DNA from: Ascidiella aspersa
Lineage: Eukaryota
Assembly: GCA_963924565.1 (NCBI GenBank)
Contig: OZ004613.1
Span: 23,188,001-23,252,000 of the forward strand
DNA length: 64,000 nucleotides
Direction of reading: 5' to 3'
The translations under genes were made by a program, and so were the position numbers. Under the pieces are notes generated by a model that ran no database searches, was not told where the DNA came from, and saw only the letters and a list, made by a program, of their open reading frames with translations. This document shows, piece by piece, positions 59,222 to 64,000 of this stretch (its first letter is position 1; each line of letters begins with the position of its first letter).

Positions 59222-62200
59222 AACTTTTCCCGGCAATAAAAACAATGTTTCACAAAATACAGATTTTTGTAATTATACAACGCATCGCCAAAAAGCAATA
59301 ATGGCGAAGACTTAAAATGATACCTGATTTAGATAGTTCAGCAGAACATTTAACAAGCTTATACTTTAATTTTTATCATAGATATCTTACAACAAAATCT
59401 ATCAATGCGCCTCCCCCATTGTTATGTGGCGTTGGTTTATTTACGACCCTTTTCATTGTTCTTTCTAACCGCATTGGTCCATAAGTAACTACATTTTAAA
59501 GACCTGCTAATTATTTTGAGGAATTCCAAAAGCATTAATGACAAAGAAATCCTAATTTGCCGAATCACGGTCACCTTAAGTTATTCAGTACTGTAAAGTA
59601 TTAGGTTTGTGTCTAATTCGGATAAAGAACAGCTGTTTGGATGAAACGCATTGAGAAGCGCTTTTTTGCATTTTTATGGTGTATAAGACTTTACATATCT
59701 ATCTCTCCAGCAATGTCTACCACATGAACCTTAAAAGCTGTAAACAAAAACCACAACGTTCTAGTCACACACGGAACAAAAGACGAACAAACATCATGTT
59801 AGATCTGCAATGCAAACAAGACACCTATATTCCACACAAAGACAGGGTAAAGCCCCTAAGGCTATAAGAACACTTTAAAAGCCGAACATACATCATAACC
59901 ATTGGGACTCAAAGTGCACTACTGTGGCGGGGTTAAGACGCTACGCAGACTTTTGGCTTGCTTACTAACAGTACTGTCAATATTAATAAAAAAAACTGGC
60001 TGCCATAAGTTGTACTATAAGCGTTTAACGTTATTCATCCTGAAGACGGCGACTTAAATAGGTTGCCGAAACGTTGGAGAAGGAACTTAATTTCCAGATA
60101 AGCTATTGTTTGGTTAATATTACGCCTGGTAAGTACAGTTTGTATATTTCTGTAAATATGCAACAGAAAACATCCTCTCTTTTTTTTTGGAAGACAGATA
60201 CTTCTCGAGTATACCTCCGAGCCATGGCCACACACATACAAGTACAACCAGGCTCACTTATTCCACAAGCCCTCCCAAATAGCTTTCTGTCGCTGTGCGT
60301 CACTTTAGAATAGGCGAACGCTGACCTCGACAGACTTTCCGTTTTATAATTTTCAGAGTAGCGTTTCAACAAATTAGCATAATTACTTGCAAATTGACTT
60401 GACACAACGACACCTTTGACTGTTTAGATTTGTGGATAAATGCAGTACAAAACAAGCCACAATGTTAAGGTTAACACTAGGTATAAATCTGATTTTTTTT
60501 CACTTATGTTAAAGTCGATCCCTGCCTGACTCTGATGCTTTTCTCGACATTCTACCACTTATTTTTAACAGCCTTATCACAAACTAACGAATAGGCGATT
60601 CGGCTTCTGTATGTACGGGTCTGCGTTAATTGCTGCGCGAGTCTCTATCGCCGCGACGACACTACATTACCGACGAAAATAAATCGACTACGAGCCTCGA
60701 CGGCGAATTCCCACCACGGGACTGGCGAACCGACGCTCGGCAGGCATCTGACTCCTTGGCCTGGCGCGCGCTCACCATTCGACTGGTACCCGGGCGCCAA
60801 CGACCTAGGGTTAATTTCCCCCATCGCAGGCGCGCGTTCGAAGGAGCTTTATCGCCGCTGTGGAATTCGTCACAGTAACCGGCGAAGAAGAAGCAGCAGT
60901 GGCTGACGCGTTCGTTTGCCGTAACGCAGCACGTCGCGTACAACTGCGTAACCCTGGCGCAAGGGCGCGATGACAGGGGCCAGCTGAAGGCGCAGCAGCT
61001 CTGCTTTGATGTGCGGTTAATTGGCCGAAACCGCATCCCGCCGCTTGCTGACGACGTGCTAAGTGCGCGCAATCGACGCCGCTGCTGGCAGATTTGCTCG
61101 GCCGCGCGAAATGCAAGTGCTATATGAAACGCATCGTCAAGGTCATCAAAGCAAGACTGGGCCACTCTTACCGCAGGTTGTAGTAGATCAAGTGAGCCTA
61201 TATTAAATGTCTATTGATGATGCCCGGGGAGCCTTCATTGATCGCAGGCCACCAGTACCCAATAACCACTTCAGATTTTGGAAATTGAGAAAACAGCATG
61301 CAACATATAGCAATTTATTCCAATGTTTGAAAATATTAGTAACATGTGTTTTTCTTCAAAATTATTCCTGTGTTAGAAACTGTGAATCTGGCTTTTGCCC
61401 AATGTTTTAATAGCAACTTTTTTTGGCAACAAGTACAAAGCAAGGCTTAAGTTTCGCTACACACGTTCACGCCATCACGCTTGAAGCCGGAAAGCGGTTT
61501 ATCTACTTATCCAACATTCACATTTATGGCACTTTGTCAGATTTACTCTGAATTCCCACCAGTTGGGCGGAGCGAATTGGAGATTTTACCAAACTTACTC
61601 TAGTTATCTTCGACTGTGAATGTAAGCTTTTGCAGAAGGGCCAAAGCACCCGCCGTTATCGCGGTTACTTAGACCGTTCCCATCAGTAGGGTTCTCTACA
61701 GATTTTTAACAAGACTTCGTAACGGAATTCAGGATCGTTAGGCTTCAAATTTACTGCAGGGTGCGTGAAATAGAGCCTCAACGATTAAATTACCTTAGAC
61801 AAATGATATTCGTGTTTTTTCCAAAATGTTAAGCTAGTCCTAACATAGGCTAAGTGGCGCCCTGAACCTAGCGAAACCAAAACTTCAGATAAAACTAAAT
61901 GGTTTTGTGGCGTTTATGGCAGTTTTGTAGCAGGAAACATTTTAAAAGTCTAGCCGTATATGACTTTTACAATGCTTTTATTACTCTTCTTTGCAACTTT
62001 AAACTGGCGAAGGCCTACTAGACGTGTACGCAGCTATTAATTTAAGAAAAATGCCAAAAATGAAGACCGATTTTATGTTTAAGAAATTTGAACAGTTGGT
62101 TTTATTGGGTCAGTTCGTGGTCAACAAGAGAATAATGGTAGCTATTATTGCCCGCTGTCCAAATACTCTTTTCTTGCAATAAAACCCTAACACACGCCAT

Positions 62201-63224
62201 TCTCAAAACGTCATTTTGTTGGTACACAATTCTCTACAGATCTAACTGCACTTATCCTTGCCCTCTACCAGCAATGCAGCTGTACTGCTGACCTTAAATG
62301 CAGCAGAAAATATTGCTGTTAAAGGGTTTGCGTTTGCAGTGAATAGAGTTACGTCATATGACTTCCTTAAAGCTGATTTGTGGTAACTCAGTAAACAACC
62401 TGGACTATAAACGTTTATCGTGATGAGGTAAATTGCGTCATGCGAGCTGCTTGTCTAAAGAACTAAATACTAGTTTTACAAATTAAGGTTAAAGTAGCTA
62501 AGAATTCATTTAACATCAAGCATATTACAAGCTAATAACGTCGAATTTACTAGTATATATTGGTAAATATTTTGAAAATGTGGCCAATTACTGGAAGAGC
62601 GTATAGTTTTTCTCGAAGCATCAGTAAGTTATTCTGCCCGCATTAAATCGCTTTGTTTCGGAAAGTAAGAATGCAGTAGACTTATCCAAGCCAAAGAATA
62701 AACAAAAAAAGTACAACCCCATTTATCCCCAAAAATGTAGACATGTGGTTGTAATAAGTTTCTCAATCATGGTGAGTCTAATGGTTTGGGTTTAAATTAA
62801 ATGTTTTCAATTAAAAGTTATATTGAAAATTGCTAAAATTGTTTTGCGGGTAAAACAATTAGCTTAATATATGTTGGGTTTTTGTGATTTTTTAGTTAAA
62901 TTCATAACACTGGTTTACAACAAATTTGGTCCAGCCAAGGTGACAACCTTTTTTGACTAATTTTAGGGTGCTGAGTTCAAATCTGACATTGATTTTTGTC
63001 CATCACGTCAGAATTTTGAGTTATGAATTTTTTCAATTAGGGGTACAAACTAATATTTCGTTAAATATGTAAAAAACGGGACTTAAATCATAGCTTATAA
63101 AATTTGAATACAGCCTTATCAGAGATTGAACTTTTGCAGTAAGATGAATTCCACAATAAGTCGCCAAATCATGCACACTAAGCCTTTTTTACATAAATGA
63201 AGGATAGAGTACCGGGGGGAATTG

Positions 63225-63755
63225 TAATATTGGTAAGGTGCTGACAATGATCCAATATTACGAGGAAAAGCGGTCCATAATATAAAAGATATGTGGTCAA
63301 AATTAGTTTGGAGATAACAGTGTGAAACAGTTCAATATATCAAAACACTAAATTTAAAGCGGAGGAATATAACGAAAATGACAAACTGGAAATATCCAAC
63401 AGAACCAGGTTAATAACAAAGGACAACATCAGACGGAAAAAATAAGAAAGGCTATATAATACTTGTTGTAATACATGTTTAAACTAAATAAAGAGTTATT
63501 CGAAACGTTCAAAATGCTACCTACTTCTGTATGGGCTTTGATATTTTTATTATGTCTTGCTACAACCTTCAATCATTATGCTCAAAGTTAGTAAAATTGT
63601 GAATCATACCCAGTCAATTAAAAGAGCTATTAGAATCGTTACAGAAGCAAGAAAACCTGTTTGTAAATTTAAAAGAAGAAAGGGAGTTATTCTTTCCAAG
63701 TTGAACTCCCGAAAACTCCATGCAACATCTGAAACTAACCAGAATTTTATGTCAT
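63225..63755 (+). pseudogene. Decayed DNA-transposon transposase C-terminus (hATm-like)
   Basis: Frameshifted pieces DPILRGKAV, VKQFNI, LN..., MTNWKYPTEP and NHTQSIKRAIRIVTEARKPVCKFKRRKGVILSKLNSRK resemble the recalled motif CHTQAVERxVKxVTEA...RDGFI...SR; family assignment from memory. Confidence 0.6.
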
Positions 63756-64000
63756 TTGCAGTTACAGCTATATTGTTTTGACATTTTTGGCAAAAAATTC
63801 AATTTTTAATCATGGCGCAATTAGCATTAAAACGCAGTCTCCTGTCGCTATATCCATTTGTAGTGAGTTTTATCTTCCATAAACATTAATTTAAAGTCAC
63901 GTTTTACTTGTAAACTACAGATTAAAGGCAATCCAAAATTTTACCTTTTTATAACATTTTGCGTTTTTCGGCAAAAATTTAATTTTTAATACTACTGCAA

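Noticed and set aside
60600-61165. 167-aa and 101-aa minus-strand ORFs in a GC-rich block
   Set aside because: No recognisable domain or supported splice partners; more likely a regulatory island upstream of AChE.

Overview
Eukaryotic (animal) genomic DNA, AT-rich with spliceosomal GT-AG introns and many small hAT-type MITEs. The organism is probably an invertebrate chordate (tunicate-like); this is inferred from the proteins. Two genes could be rebuilt by hand. (1) A complete 10-exon acetylcholinesterase on the minus strand (56691 to 23206, 623 aa, all intron phases consistent). It has the catalytic triad, a vertebrate-type acyl pocket, a C-terminal T/WAT peptide and a natural Gly119Ser in the oxyanion hole. 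A degenerate duplicate of the last exon's acceptor region could give a tail-less isoform. (2) A 3-exon plus-strand gene (16919-18435) that the ORF track only captures in fragments. It encodes a probable secreted prohormone: signal peptide, KR, a 34-mer matching the PTH/PTHrP(1-34) signature with the PTH-family intron position, then a 4-Cys module and a very basic tail. As assembled, its signal-peptide exon needs one extra T to be in frame. The rest is non-coding: MITEs with 8-bp TSDs, tandem repeats, hairpins, a phased CRE-like array and a decayed transposase at the right end. No coding exon could be supported in the first ~16.8 kb.
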